The translations under genes were made by a program, and so were the position numbers. The notes beneath the pieces are model-generated. The model did not search any database, had not been told where the DNA came from, and saw only the letters and a program-made list of their open reading frames with translations. Shown here piece by piece: positions 1 through 10,044 of a DNA stretch of 43,602 bases; the stretch's first letter is position 1, and every line of letters starts with the position of its first letter. Source of the stretch: an uncultured Bacteroidales bacterium (GTDB lineage Bacteria > Bacteroidota > Bacteroidia > Bacteroidales > UBA4417). The DNA lies in the NCBI GenBank assembly GCA_903878265.1, contig CAIRHD010000293.1:1-43602 (forward strand), written 5' to 3'.

Positions 1-1
1 A

Positions 2-1369
2 ATAAATACTTACCGAGCCAACCTGGCTTATGTTTTAGTAAACAGGGATAAAGCAGGAATACAACCGGGTTCAAGATCGTATGAAAGAAGCTGGATCCGC
101 GATGGTGCCTTGACATCTTCCGCCCTTTTAAAATCGGGTATTGTTACCGAGGTTAGGGACTTTATTGATTGGTACGCAGCACACCAATACGAAAATGGGA
201 AAGTCCCTTGTGTTGTTGATCATCGTGGTCCCGATCCGGTTCCCGAAAACGACAGCCATGGCCAATTAATTTACCTGCTCAGGGAATATTTTAATTTTAC
301 CCACGACACCATTTTCCTGAAATCGAAAAATAGCTATGTACTTAAAGCTGTTGAATATATTGAAACCCTGGTTGCCCAACGTTCGACAGATTATTTCAAA
401 TATGGCAACGACAGTTTGCGTTCATTATATGGTTTAATGCCCGAATCCATTAGCCACGAAGGCTATTCTGCCAAGCCTATGCACTCCTATTGGGATAATT
501 TCTTTACAATTAAAGGTTTAAAAGATGCTGTCGAAATCCAAAAAATATTGGGCGAAACTGAGAATTACGAAAGGATAAAAAAACTTCGTGACACATTTAC
601 TGAAAACCTTTACAACTCCTTGCAACTCGCCATGAAGAACAGGAAAATTGATTACATTCCCGGATGTGCCGAACTTGGCGATTTTGACGCAACATCCACT
701 ACCATTGCCCTAACCCCTTGCAACGAACTGAAAAATCTGCCTAAACCACAGGTTTACAATACTTTCGACAAATATTACGAATTTTTCAAAAACAGGCGCG
801 ATAGCAAAACCGAATGGGTAAATTACACCCCTTACGAAAACCGTTTAATCGGTTCATTCATCATGCTTGATCAACCGGAAAAAGCCCATGAACTGATTTC
901 CTTCTTTCTGAATGATCAACGGCCACAAGGCTGGAACCATTGGGCCGAAGTGGTTTGGAAAGATTACCGCACCCCTCGCTACATTGGCGACATGCCACAT
1001 ACCTGGTGCGGCAGCGATTTTATCAATGCAATTCGGTCTATGTTTGTTTATGAAAATGAGTATGATCAGTCGCTGGTTTTGGCTTCGGCACTATATCAGG
1101 ATTGGATTGATACACCCAAAGGTATGTCTGTCGAAAACCTACCAACTTACTACGGTGAAATTTCATACTCCATACAAAAGGAAAACTTCAACTATAAGTT
1201 TTCAATTTCGGGAAATGTCAAGCTTCCGGATAACGGAATAAAAATCAAGAATTTCAACCATTCGGAACTTCCAAAAAAAGTTCTGGTAAATGGAAAAGAT
1301 ATAAAAGATTTTTCGGAAAAAGAAATAAGCGTAAAAGAAATCCCGGCGGAAGTGGTAATATTTTACTAA
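2..1369 (+). CDS. Six-hairpin (alpha/alpha)6 glycosidase-like protein, 5'-truncated by the window edge
   Basis: The frame is open from base 2 (INTYRANLAYVLVNRDKAGIQPGSRSYERSWIRDGAL...), upstream of the TTG at 110. SWIRDG, PENDSHG, PESISHEGY and GDMPHTW motifs fit six-hairpin glycosidase/phosphorylase-like proteins. It is co-oriented with sugar genes. Confidence 0.7.
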   Translation: MNTYRANLAYVLVNRDKAGIQPGSRSYERSWIRDGALTSSALLKSGIVTEVRDFIDWYAAHQYENGKVPCVVDHRGPDPVPENDSHGQLIYLLREYFNFTHDTIFLKSKNSYVLKAVEYIETLVAQRSTDYFKYGNDSLRSLYGLMPESISHEGYSAKPMHSYWDNFFTIKGLKDAVEIQKILGETENYERIKKLRDTFTENLYNSLQLAMKNRKIDYIPGCAELGDFDATSTTIALTPCNELKNLPKPQVYNTFDKYYEFFKNRRDSKTEWVNYTPYENRLIGSFIMLDQPEKAHELISFFLNDQRPQGWNHWAEVVWKDYRTPRYIGDMPHTWCGSDFINAIRSMFVYENEYDQSLVLASALYQDWIDTPKGMSVENLPTYYGEISYSIQKENFNYKFSISGNVKLPDNGIKIKNFNHSELPKKVLVNGKDIKDFSEKEISVKEIPAEVVIFY

Positions 1370-1390
1370 TGTCAACAAATTAAATTCAAG

Positions 1391-3475
1391 ATGAAAGAAG
1401 AAACTACGGTTGATCGGAATACAAGGACAGAAGACAAGATTCATTTTTCGCAATTGGCTGCTTACGGTGCTGGAGGGATTATTCCTATCGCCTTGTTCAA
1501 TGTTGCGGGGATATTAGTTGGCTTGATGGGAAATATCAGCCTGGGATTAAGTGCTTTCTGGCTTGGCGCAATTTTAATCGTCCCGCGTTTGTGGGATGCG
1601 CTTTCTGATCCAATTATAGGCCATCTTTCGGATAATACGCGCAGCCGTTGGGGACGCCGCAGGCCTTACCTGCTCTTAGGTGGCATTGCAGTTGCCCTCT
1701 CATTTGTTGTTATTTGGTGGATTCCAAAAGGGGATTTGGTGCATAGCTGGTTCCCAACCGATTCTGGTTATCAGGCGTTTCAACTTGTTTATATCCTCAT
1801 TTCACTTCTGATTTTTTTCACCGCCGTAAACATATTCGAGATACCTCACGGAGCTTTAGGCATGGAAATGACTACTGATTACCATGAACGCACCCGTCTT
1901 TTCAGCGCCAAGAGTTTTGTGGGCAACTTATTCGCTATGAGCACTCCCTGGCTTTTTGCCCTTGCCAGCATGGAAATATTCAAAGGCCCGGGCGGAAACG
2001 AAGTTGACGGAATGCGTTATGTTTCCATCCTGATTGCCGCCATATTGATTCCACTTTCGTTTTGGATGTTTCTAAAATTGCGCGAACCTGGATTTAAAAA
2101 AGTTGCGGAACAGGAAAAAACCCCGTTTTGGACGGATATGAAACGCACTGCCAGCAACCGGAATTTTATCATGCTAACCCTTACCATATTTACTTTGGCA
2201 ATGGGTTTCAATTTTGTGAGCCTGCTCGGGTCGTACATACCAATTTTTTACATTTATGGCGGCGACAAAGTTGCAGGTGCCACGCTGTTAGGCATCAATG
2301 GAACGGTTTGGGCAGTAACAGGTGTGCTGGCGGTCTTCCCACTTAACTGGATAAGCCCAAGGTTGGGTAAACGGAAAACCCTCACCATTGCTATTCTGCT
2401 GATGGTTTTAGCGCAAGCTTCAAAAATTGTTTGCTACAATCCTACCTATCCTTACCTGGTTCTTATCCCAACCGTGCTGCTTTCAGCCGGAATGTTGTTT
2501 TTCTTTACGCTTGGTTCTTCCATGGTTGGCGATATTTGCGATGAGGACGAACTCAAAACTGGCCATCGTTCCGAAGGAAGTTTCTATTCCGTATTCTGGT
2601 GGTTTATTAAAATGGGGACAGCACTCGCAAGCCTTATTGCAGGTGCGTTGATTGTTTTCACGCTTTTCGACGAAACTCAGGTAACAAAAGTGGATAGTTT
2701 ACAGGGAAATATCAGGGAACTGAGGAGTGATATAAAAAACTGGGAAGGAAGTGATGGCCTTGCCGGAACAAGTACGGCTTTGCTCGCAAACATGAACAAA
2801 CAAGTTACAAAAGCTATTGACGAATCCAATCAGTATATTAGAGTACTTAAAAAAGAATCAGTTAAAAAGCAAAGCGAAACCTACCAACAAGTAGCCAAAT
2901 ACCAAAGCCAAAGGAAATCCATGTTGCAGCAAGCTTTATCCAACACAAAAGCAACGGTCGGAAGTTTAGAACTTCTTCAATCAGATATTAAATCACTTGG
3001 TCCAAACCCAGCAGATTCTGTCGTTTCCAATCTTTCTAAAAACGCCATTGCCCTCACTTTGGATACCAAACTCGAAAAAGCCAGATTAAATTCATTTGAA
3101 TTGTTGGCCCATTTGGAAGGCAAATCCATCGAAACAAACAAGAGCAAAGAACACTTCGATATAATCATAAAAAAGAGTTCGGGAATTGACGACAGGCTAA
3201 CAAACATCAACTCCAATATGCCTTTAGACCAATTGGATAAAGAACTAGCCTCCATCGAAACAGAAACTGTACAACTCACTATACAATCGCCTTACACACT
3301 GTTGATGATGCGCGTTGTGGAGATTGGGCTGCCTATTTTACTGAGTATATTTTCAATTTTCTTTGTTCTCAAATATAGCCTTACCGAGAAACGAAGCCAT
3401 GAAATTAAAGAACTGCTCAAACGAAGAAATTTAGAAGAACCGAAAAAAGACAATGTGTCGAGTCCGTTTAGTTAA
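1391..3475 (+). CDS. MFS transporter, glycoside-pentoside-hexuronide (MelB/GPH) family, with a large helical insert before the last TM helix
   Basis: WDALSDPIIGHLSDNTRSRWGRRRPY GPH signature, EMTTDYHERT and DICDEDELKTGHRSEG motifs, and about 12 hydrophobic segments. Confidence 0.9.
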   Translation: MKEETTVDRNTRTEDKIHFSQLAAYGAGGIIPIALFNVAGILVGLMGNISLGLSAFWLGAILIVPRLWDALSDPIIGHLSDNTRSRWGRRRPYLLLGGIAVALSFVVIWWIPKGDLVHSWFPTDSGYQAFQLVYILISLLIFFTAVNIFEIPHGALGMEMTTDYHERTRLFSAKSFVGNLFAMSTPWLFALASMEIFKGPGGNEVDGMRYVSILIAAILIPLSFWMFLKLREPGFKKVAEQEKTPFWTDMKRTASNRNFIMLTLTIFTLAMGFNFVSLLGSYIPIFYIYGGDKVAGATLLGINGTVWAVTGVLAVFPLNWISPRLGKRKTLTIAILLMVLAQASKIVCYNPTYPYLVLIPTVLLSAGMLFFFTLGSSMVGDICDEDELKTGHRSEGSFYSVFWWFIKMGTALASLIAGALIVFTLFDETQVTKVDSLQGNIRELRSDIKNWEGSDGLAGTSTALLANMNKQVTKAIDESNQYIRVLKKESVKKQSETYQQVAKYQSQRKSMLQQALSNTKATVGSLELLQSDIKSLGPNPADSVVSNLSKNAIALTLDTKLEKARLNSFELLAHLEGKSIETNKSKEHFDIIIKKSSGIDDRLTNINSNMPLDQLDKELASIETETVQLTIQSPYTLLMMRVVEIGLPILLSIFSIFFVLKYSLTEKRSHEIKELLKRRNLEEPKKDNVSSPFS

Positions 3476-3514
3476 GAAGTGCCGGGTGCCAAGTGCCGGG
3501 TTATGAAACCTGGA

Positions 3515-3578
3515 ACCAATAACCATCCACCAATAACAGATAACCATTCACCAATAACCATTCACCAATAACCACCCC
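3515..3578 (+). repeat. Heptamer tandem repeat tract (ACCAATA/ACCATTC) just before the GH35 start
   Basis: accaataaccatccaccaataacagataaccattcaccaataaccattcaccaataaccacccc, preceded by a duplicated aagtgccggg at ~3477-3500. Confidence 0.8.
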
Positions 3579-3579
3579 A

Positions 3580-6012
3580 ATGACCTTCACCATCAAAGAA
3601 AACAACTTCTACCTCAACGATAAAAAAGTATTCCTCAATTCAGGCGAAATCCATTATTTCCGTATCAAACGCGAATTGTGGGACAAGCACCTGGCAGCAG
3701 CCAAGGAAGCTGGTTTGACCACCATCAGCACGTATGTTCCCTGGGCATGGCACGAGTATGAAGAAAATTGTTTTGATTTTAATGGCACTTCAATTCCCGA
3801 ACGCGATTTAAATGGGTGGATCGAAAAATGTCAGTTATACGGTTTGAATTGCATTGTTAAGCCAGGTCCGTTTATCCTCGCCGAATATCGTGGTGCTGGT
3901 TTGCCCGATTGGTTTATGGATCAATACCGGGAGGAAGCCAAAATGCGCAACAGCAAAGGTGAAATTTTTCCCAGCGACGGCATTAGTCTGTTTAACCAAA
4001 AATATTTGGAAAAAGTAACGCTGTGGTATGATAAAATTATGCCTTTTATAGCTAAACGGCAGATATCGGAAGGTGGGCCTATCATTATGATGCAGATTTG
4101 CAACGAAATAGGTGTCTTTTCATGGCTCGCTCATCAGGCCGATTATTGCGAAGCTGTGAAAACCCGTTTCAGTTTATATCTGTCTAAAAAGTTTAAAAGT
4201 GTTGCTGAATTGAATATTCTGTGGGAAACAAGCTATAAAAACTTCGCCGATGTGGAACTTCCGCCGGATGGCAGGCTTCCTTATGCATCTAAAGCTGACC
4301 GTGGCCGCGATTACGAATGGCATAATTTCTGGCGCACCTATTACGGCGATTACTTGCGAATGCTAACAGGCATGGCAAGGGACAGAGGCGTTTCAGTCCC
4401 TTTGTATCATAACCTTCCGGGGTGGATTTACGGGAATGGATACGAATTCCCGGTAAATATAACCATGTATGAGGATTTATTCGAAAATAAGAGCGAAATC
4501 CTATTTGGTGTTGATCACATCCCCGAATTTTTCTCCTACCGCAACCTGCATGACGACCGCATTATCAATGATATTACAATGGCCATGCAGGGCAACAAAC
4601 CCTTGTTCGCAGCCGAATTCCAATGTGGTTCGCGCGAACACCACGTAGAAACAAATCCACGCGAAATGGAACTTTTCTACAAAGCCAGCATTGCCAATGG
4701 ATTGGTTGGATGGAACTATTACATGTTTTCGCAAGGGCGCAACCCGGGCAGGAAGGGATATTCAGGCGATACATTTTACTGGTTTAATCCGCTAACGCCT
4801 GAAGGTGAACGGACTACCGCATTTCCATTGGTAAAACGGATGAATCAAATCATTAATATTTCGGAGGAGCTAATCATAAACGCAAAACGCAAGGCCGAAG
4901 TTTGTGTTCTTTTTTATCCACCATATTACGCCACTGAGTTGGAACGTCCCGAAATTGGAGCTTCCGAACTCATTTTCAACGCTTCGGCCATACGCAGGCC
5001 AGCCTATTTCGATGGCTTGCTAAAAGTGTTGCAAATCCTCAATGTGGATTATGATATGGCGGATTTGAACAAAGCAACTGCTGAAACTTTGAGCAATTAC
5101 AAACAGGTTTGGGCCTTTTGCACCGACGAAATGAATGCCCGCGAACAACAAACTATTGTGGATTACACCATCGCTGGCGGCAACCTCGTGCTTTTCCCTT
5201 ATATGCCCGATCGCGAAATGTCCCAGAAACCCTGTACCATCATCCGAGATGCGATTTCGATATCGCCATCGGCTATTGAAACCATTGATTCTCCGTTAAT
5301 TGATGTATATAACTTTAAGGACATTAAGTGCGCCAATCCGCAGAGTGTTTTTTCAGAAAAATTATTGCCTGGTGCAGTTATTATTGCCCGAACTATCCGT
5401 GGTTCAGTTTGTGGCTTCTCAAAACCACTTGGAAAAGGCACTTTCATTCATCTGGGAACTTGGATTGGATTTGATACCGAAGGGCAAAAACCTGTTTATG
5501 AGGCGCTTCTTTCGAAATCAACTGCAAAATTAAGGCAGGCAAATTCCAACAATTACCATATAAATGTTCGAGAACGCTTTACCGACGACCATTGCGCTAT
5601 GCTTTTTGTTGGCAATTACTACAACGAAGAACACAAAGGATCAGTAACTTACACCCATCCCAAATCGGGCGAAACCATTTCAATCCCTTATTCACAAAAT
5701 GAAACAGAATGGCCGGCAGTTTACGGCATTCTTAGTCCTATTTGTCTAAAAGTTTCTGAAGATTTATATATTTTGCACACCACTTCCGATATACTCAGTA
5801 TTCAAAGCACTGATAGTGAACTTAATATAACCCTGTATGGTGATCGTGACCTTGCAGGGGAAATTGTATTTGAAGGACCTGTTGCAGCGAAACTAAATTC
5901 TGCATCAATAGATGGGAAAGCGGTAAGACTGGACCACGAAAGTAAACGTATCGTTTTGGTTTATAGCCACAAACATAAATCTGAGATGAATCTGAAAATA
6001 AAATTCAACTAA
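3580..6012 (+). CDS. GH35 enzyme (beta-galactosidase-like fold), probably a beta-1,2-glucooligosaccharide glucosyltransferase or glycosidase
   Basis: SGEIHYFR, TYVPWAWHE, KPGPFILAE (E102), MQICNEIG (acid/base E176) and FAAEFQ (nucleophile E346). It abuts a GH94 SOGP-like gene. Confidence 0.8.
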   Translation: MTFTIKENNFYLNDKKVFLNSGEIHYFRIKRELWDKHLAAAKEAGLTTISTYVPWAWHEYEENCFDFNGTSIPERDLNGWIEKCQLYGLNCIVKPGPFILAEYRGAGLPDWFMDQYREEAKMRNSKGEIFPSDGISLFNQKYLEKVTLWYDKIMPFIAKRQISEGGPIIMMQICNEIGVFSWLAHQADYCEAVKTRFSLYLSKKFKSVAELNILWETSYKNFADVELPPDGRLPYASKADRGRDYEWHNFWRTYYGDYLRMLTGMARDRGVSVPLYHNLPGWIYGNGYEFPVNITMYEDLFENKSEILFGVDHIPEFFSYRNLHDDRIINDITMAMQGNKPLFAAEFQCGSREHHVETNPREMELFYKASIANGLVGWNYYMFSQGRNPGRKGYSGDTFYWFNPLTPEGERTTAFPLVKRMNQIINISEELIINAKRKAEVCVLFYPPYYATELERPEIGASELIFNASAIRRPAYFDGLLKVLQILNVDYDMADLNKATAETLSNYKQVWAFCTDEMNAREQQTIVDYTIAGGNLVLFPYMPDREMSQKPCTIIRDAISISPSAIETIDSPLIDVYNFKDIKCANPQSVFSEKLLPGAVIIARTIRGSVCGFSKPLGKGTFIHLGTWIGFDTEGQKPVYEALLSKSTAKLRQANSNNYHINVRERFTDDHCAMLFVGNYYNEEHKGSVTYTHPKSGETISIPYSQNETEWPAVYGILSPICLKVSEDLYILHTTSDILSIQSTDSELNITLYGDRDLAGEIVFEGPVAAKLNSASIDGKAVRLDHESKRIVLVYSHKHKSEMNLKIKFN

Positions 6013-9000
6013 ATGGAAATCAGAAATTCTGCCGGTCTTTCCTTTACATTCCTTGAGAATGGCTCAGTCCAGTTCATCGAAGCTGATCCCATTCGGATAA
6101 GCCTTAAACCAACTACACTCTATTCCAGATCCGGAACCAATATTTATCTGCGAAAAAGATCAGAACCTTTTGCCTTTACTTCGCTCCTGGGACCCGAAAG
6201 CAATAGCCAATTCCTTATAGAAAACAATACATTTTTTGCCAAGGGCAGTTGGGAAGGCATTGATTACCAATGCATTTTGCAACTTTCGCCGAAAAGTCTG
6301 AGTTGGCAATGGAGCATTGAATTGGTAAATAATTCTGCCAATCCAGCGGAGCTTGATTTGATTTATGTACAGGATGTGGGTTTAAAACAAATTTCCGACA
6401 ACCTGGTGAACGAGTACTATGTTAGTCAATATCTTGAACGACTGGTATTCGATGACCAAAACCATTGTTCGGTAATTTGCTGCCGTCAGAACATGAAGGA
6501 ATCGGTGGGTAATCCATGGATGATGACTGCTTCCAAAAACAAAGCCATTGCCGGAAGTGTGGATGGCATGCAGTTTTATGGCAAAACCTACCGAGAAACC
6601 GCAATTCCGGAAGCCTTACTTACCGATACACTTGGAGGAAATTATGCAGGTGAATCGTCGATAATTGCCTTACAGGAAAAACCTTTTGAATTGAATATTA
6701 GCTCCCATCATACAAGTTCTTTTGTTGGCACTTATCTGCCTGATCATCCAAAAGCCTCGTCCATGGATGATTTGAATCAGCTAAGCAGGGTATTCCTTGA
6801 ATTTGACAAGAAGGTTACTCTTCCGGCTCTGGAAAAAATGATTTCGCCATATAAAAATCTCTTTAATACTTCGCCCTTCCTGCCTGTCAGCGATTTGACC
6901 AATGCAGAACTTGATTTGTTTTTTGGGAACGATAAACGCCATTGCGAAATGGAGAATGGCAGGTTGTTGTCATTTTTCTGCGATAAGAATAACCATGTAA
7001 TGCTTCGTGCAAAAGAAATTATGGCCGACCGGCCTCACGGGCACATTATGCAAGCCCAGTCAGGCTACGCTCCCGACGAAAGCATTGTTTCCACCACAGC
7101 ATTTGCGTTCGGGGTTTTCAATTCGCACCTTACGCAAGGCAATACCAATTTTAATGTGCTGCTTTCTGTTTGCACAAGCCAGTTCAATCTTACACCTGAA
7201 GCGGGACAGCGGATTTTTGTGGAGGTGGACGGCAAACAATATTTATTGGGAGTTCCTTCAGCTTTCGAAATGGGTTTAAACCATTGCCGTTGGATTTATA
7301 AACATGGGAATTCAGTTTTTCAGGTACGAACATGGACATCCAAATCGGAACCCATGGTACACATTGACTTTAAAGTTATTAGCGGGAAAAATGTTAAATT
7401 ACTGATTACATGCGATTTTGATAAACTTAACGGTTGGGAAATAAAACCTGAAATACTTTTATTTAATTATTTGGCCAGGCCAAAAACGGATAGTATGATT
7501 GCAGGCAAATTTCCGGGCGCACAGTTCAGGATACTTGTAAACAGTATTGAAGTTGATTACAAAGCATCCAGGGATATGGCACTTTACCCTGGAAATTTTG
7601 CCATGGACGACGGCTCTTTATTTATTATTAAAACAGAAGAAACTTCTGATTTCTCCATGAGTTTTATTGGGGAAGTTTGCTCAAATACCAACCATTACAA
7701 ACCGCAGGACACTGACAAACATTGGTTTACTGATTGCCGGGATGCGCAAGCACAATGGCAGGAACTTAGCCTGAACCTATCACTGATGGGTAAACAAGAG
7801 GATACAACCGCCATTAGCGAAATCCTTCCATGGTATGGAATGAACGCCATTACCCATTTCCTTACACCTTACGGGTTGGAACAATTCAGCGGTGCTGCCT
7901 GGGGCACGCGCGATGTGTCGCAAGGCCCTGTTGATTTGTTGCTTACCCTGGAAAAGTACAGTGAAGCGAAGCAGGTTCTGTGTACCATATTCGTGAACCA
8001 GAATACCGATGGCGGGTGGCCGCAATGGTGGATGTTCGATAGTTATTCGGCTATACGTGCCGGCGACTCGCATGGCGATGTTTTTTATTGGGTACTTATC
8101 GCTTTGAGCGACTATATAAAAGTTACCGGCGATTTGAAAATCCTTGACGAAGTTTTGCCATTTTATCAGGGAAACAAGCCTGGCAGTGTTGAGAAAAAGT
8201 CAATGGGAGAACATGTTGACAGGCTCATTCAAATGATTATAAATTCGTTTATCCCCGAAACAGCATTGGTACCATTTGGTGGTGGCGATTGGAACGATTC
8301 CCTGCAACCTGTTAGCGAAGAACTGGCAAAAAGGTTGATTTCGAGCTGGACAGTTGAAATGAACTACCAGGCTTTTAATCAATATCAGGTAGTTTATCAA
8401 CAGATTGGAAACACTGCGAAAGCGGAAGAACTGAATGGGATTTGCGAAAGAATAAGGGCTGATTTCAACAAATACCTGATAAAAGACAGAATTGTTGCCG
8501 GATATGGTTTGCTGGAGGACGATGGCAATATAAGTGTATTGCTTCATCCAAGCGACACCAAAACCGGGATTAAATACAGCATATTGCCCATGAACAGGGG
8601 CATCATAAGCGAAATTTTCACTGTGGAACAAGCCCAATTCCATCAGCATATTATTGATGAGCACCTGAAAGGTCCCGATGGTGCAAGATTGATGGACCGA
8701 CCGCTAAAATACAAAGGTGGAATCCAGGAAATTTTCCAGCGGGCAGAAAGCAGCACATTTTTTGGCCGCGAAATCGGGCTTATGTATGTTCACGAGCATA
8801 TCCGTTATGCCGAATCGCAGGCCCGTATTGGCAATGCCGATGCTTTTGTGAAAGCTTTGCGACAGGCAATTCCGGTGGCATACAGGGATATAGTTCCTTG
8901 TGGCGATATACGACAGGCAAATTGTTATTACAGTAGCTCGGACGTAACTTTTGAAAGCCGTTACGAAGCTGACGAGCGTTACGATGAGATTAAAACCGGA

Positions 9001-9360
9001 AACATAACGCTAAAAGGCGGTTGGCGGGTTTATTCAAGTGGGCCTGGAATTTATGTGAGCATGATTGTTTCGCGATTGCTTGGTTTACGCCTGGAGTTCG
9101 GGAATGTGGTCATTGACCCCGTTATCCCAGATTCTATGGATGGAATGTCGGCTTCATTTGATTTGCTGGGTCGTCATTTAACATTAAAATATAAAGTTTC
9201 GGGAAGCAATTTCAGTCCTAAAACTATTGCAGTTAATGGTAACATAATCACATTCGCACTACAGGAAAACAAATACCGCAAAGGTGGCGCAGTTATTCCG
9301 GTTGAACAGTTTTTAGCCTTGTTGAACCAAACGGAAAATGTTGTTGGGATTTCGCTTTAA
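6013..9360 (+). CDS. GH94 phosphorylase, 1,2-beta-oligoglucan phosphorylase (SOGP)-like
   Basis: 1115 aa with NEYYVSQY, GLEQFSGAAWGTRDVSQGP, GDWNDSLQP (catalytic Asp), REIGLMYVHEHIRY and GGWRVYSSGPG. Size and motifs match the SOGP branch rather than ~810-aa cellobiose phosphorylases. Confidence 0.85.
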   Translation: MEIRNSAGLSFTFLENGSVQFIEADPIRISLKPTTLYSRSGTNIYLRKRSEPFAFTSLLGPESNSQFLIENNTFFAKGSWEGIDYQCILQLSPKSLSWQWSIELVNNSANPAELDLIYVQDVGLKQISDNLVNEYYVSQYLERLVFDDQNHCSVICCRQNMKESVGNPWMMTASKNKAIAGSVDGMQFYGKTYRETAIPEALLTDTLGGNYAGESSIIALQEKPFELNISSHHTSSFVGTYLPDHPKASSMDDLNQLSRVFLEFDKKVTLPALEKMISPYKNLFNTSPFLPVSDLTNAELDLFFGNDKRHCEMENGRLLSFFCDKNNHVMLRAKEIMADRPHGHIMQAQSGYAPDESIVSTTAFAFGVFNSHLTQGNTNFNVLLSVCTSQFNLTPEAGQRIFVEVDGKQYLLGVPSAFEMGLNHCRWIYKHGNSVFQVRTWTSKSEPMVHIDFKVISGKNVKLLITCDFDKLNGWEIKPEILLFNYLARPKTDSMIAGKFPGAQFRILVNSIEVDYKASRDMALYPGNFAMDDGSLFIIKTEETSDFSMSFIGEVCSNTNHYKPQDTDKHWFTDCRDAQAQWQELSLNLSLMGKQEDTTAISEILPWYGMNAITHFLTPYGLEQFSGAAWGTRDVSQGPVDLLLTLEKYSEAKQVLCTIFVNQNTDGGWPQWWMFDSYSAIRAGDSHGDVFYWVLIALSDYIKVTGDLKILDEVLPFYQGNKPGSVEKKSMGEHVDRLIQMIINSFIPETALVPFGGGDWNDSLQPVSEELAKRLISSWTVEMNYQAFNQYQVVYQQIGNTAKAEELNGICERIRADFNKYLIKDRIVAGYGLLEDDGNISVLLHPSDTKTGIKYSILPMNRGIISEIFTVEQAQFHQHIIDEHLKGPDGARLMDRPLKYKGGIQEIFQRAESSTFFGREIGLMYVHEHIRYAESQARIGNADAFVKALRQAIPVAYRDIVPCGDIRQANCYYSSSDVTFESRYEADERYDEIKTGNITLKGGWRVYSSGPGIYVSMIVSRLLGLRLEFGNVVIDPVIPDSMDGMSASFDLLGRHLTLKYKVSGSNFSPKTIAVNGNIITFALQENKYRKGGAVIPVEQFLALLNQTENVVGISL

Positions 9361-9572
9361 TGCCAATATCCCAGGCATTTTGGCGATAAAGTCAATAAAG
9401 AGGTTGTTTTTTTTGTTGATATATATTTCCTTTGTGGGAAATACTTTTTCGTGGAGTCACAGCAATCGACCTACCAACAATAAATGAAACCGCAGCAAAG
9501 ACTTTCGTTAACATATTAACGTTATTAACTTTTTAAGCACTTGATAACTAAACCATAAACCAGATTTCTGTT

Positions 9573-9875
9573 ATGATACGCCATATTGTAATGTTCAAAC
9601 TTAAGGAATTCCCGGACGAAGCCTCTAAACAGTCTGCTGCCTTGGTCTTGAAAAAACGTTTGGATGAGCTACCTTTAAAAATTGGCCTTATCCGAAAATG
9701 CGAAACTGGTATTGATATCCGCAACCTGTGGTGGTCGTACGATATTGTGCTTGTGATGGATTTCGACAGCATGGCCGACCTTGAATCATACACCATACAT
9801 CCAGCGCATCAGGATTTTGTAAATTTCAATAAAGATTTTTCTATTGCTAAAGTATGTGCCGATTACGAACTATAA
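9573..9875 (+). CDS. Dabb family stress-responsive alpha/beta-barrel protein
   Basis: MIRHIVMFKLK start, YDIVLVMDF and Y..HPAHQ motifs, DY at the C-terminus, 100 aa. Confidence 0.9.
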   Translation: MIRHIVMFKLKEFPDEASKQSAALVLKKRLDELPLKIGLIRKCETGIDIRNLWWSYDIVLVMDFDSMADLESYTIHPAHQDFVNFNKDFSIAKVCADYEL

Positions 9876-10044
9876 TAGGGAGTTTGAGTACTGCAAGTTT
9901 ATATAAGGAAATAGAAATTAGGTAAGTCCAATGTATAGCTAAGGGAATTTCACTCTTCAGTAAATTCAATCAATCCTCTTTTATTTTAACACAATCACAA
10001 GCGAAAACATACGTTACGAATCCTTTAACCCAAACTACCCATAA

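Noticed and set aside
9506-9521. Palindrome CGTTAA-CATA-TTAACG upstream of the Dabb gene
   Set aside because: The arms are only 6 bp in AT-rich DNA, it occurs once, and no regulator can be assigned.
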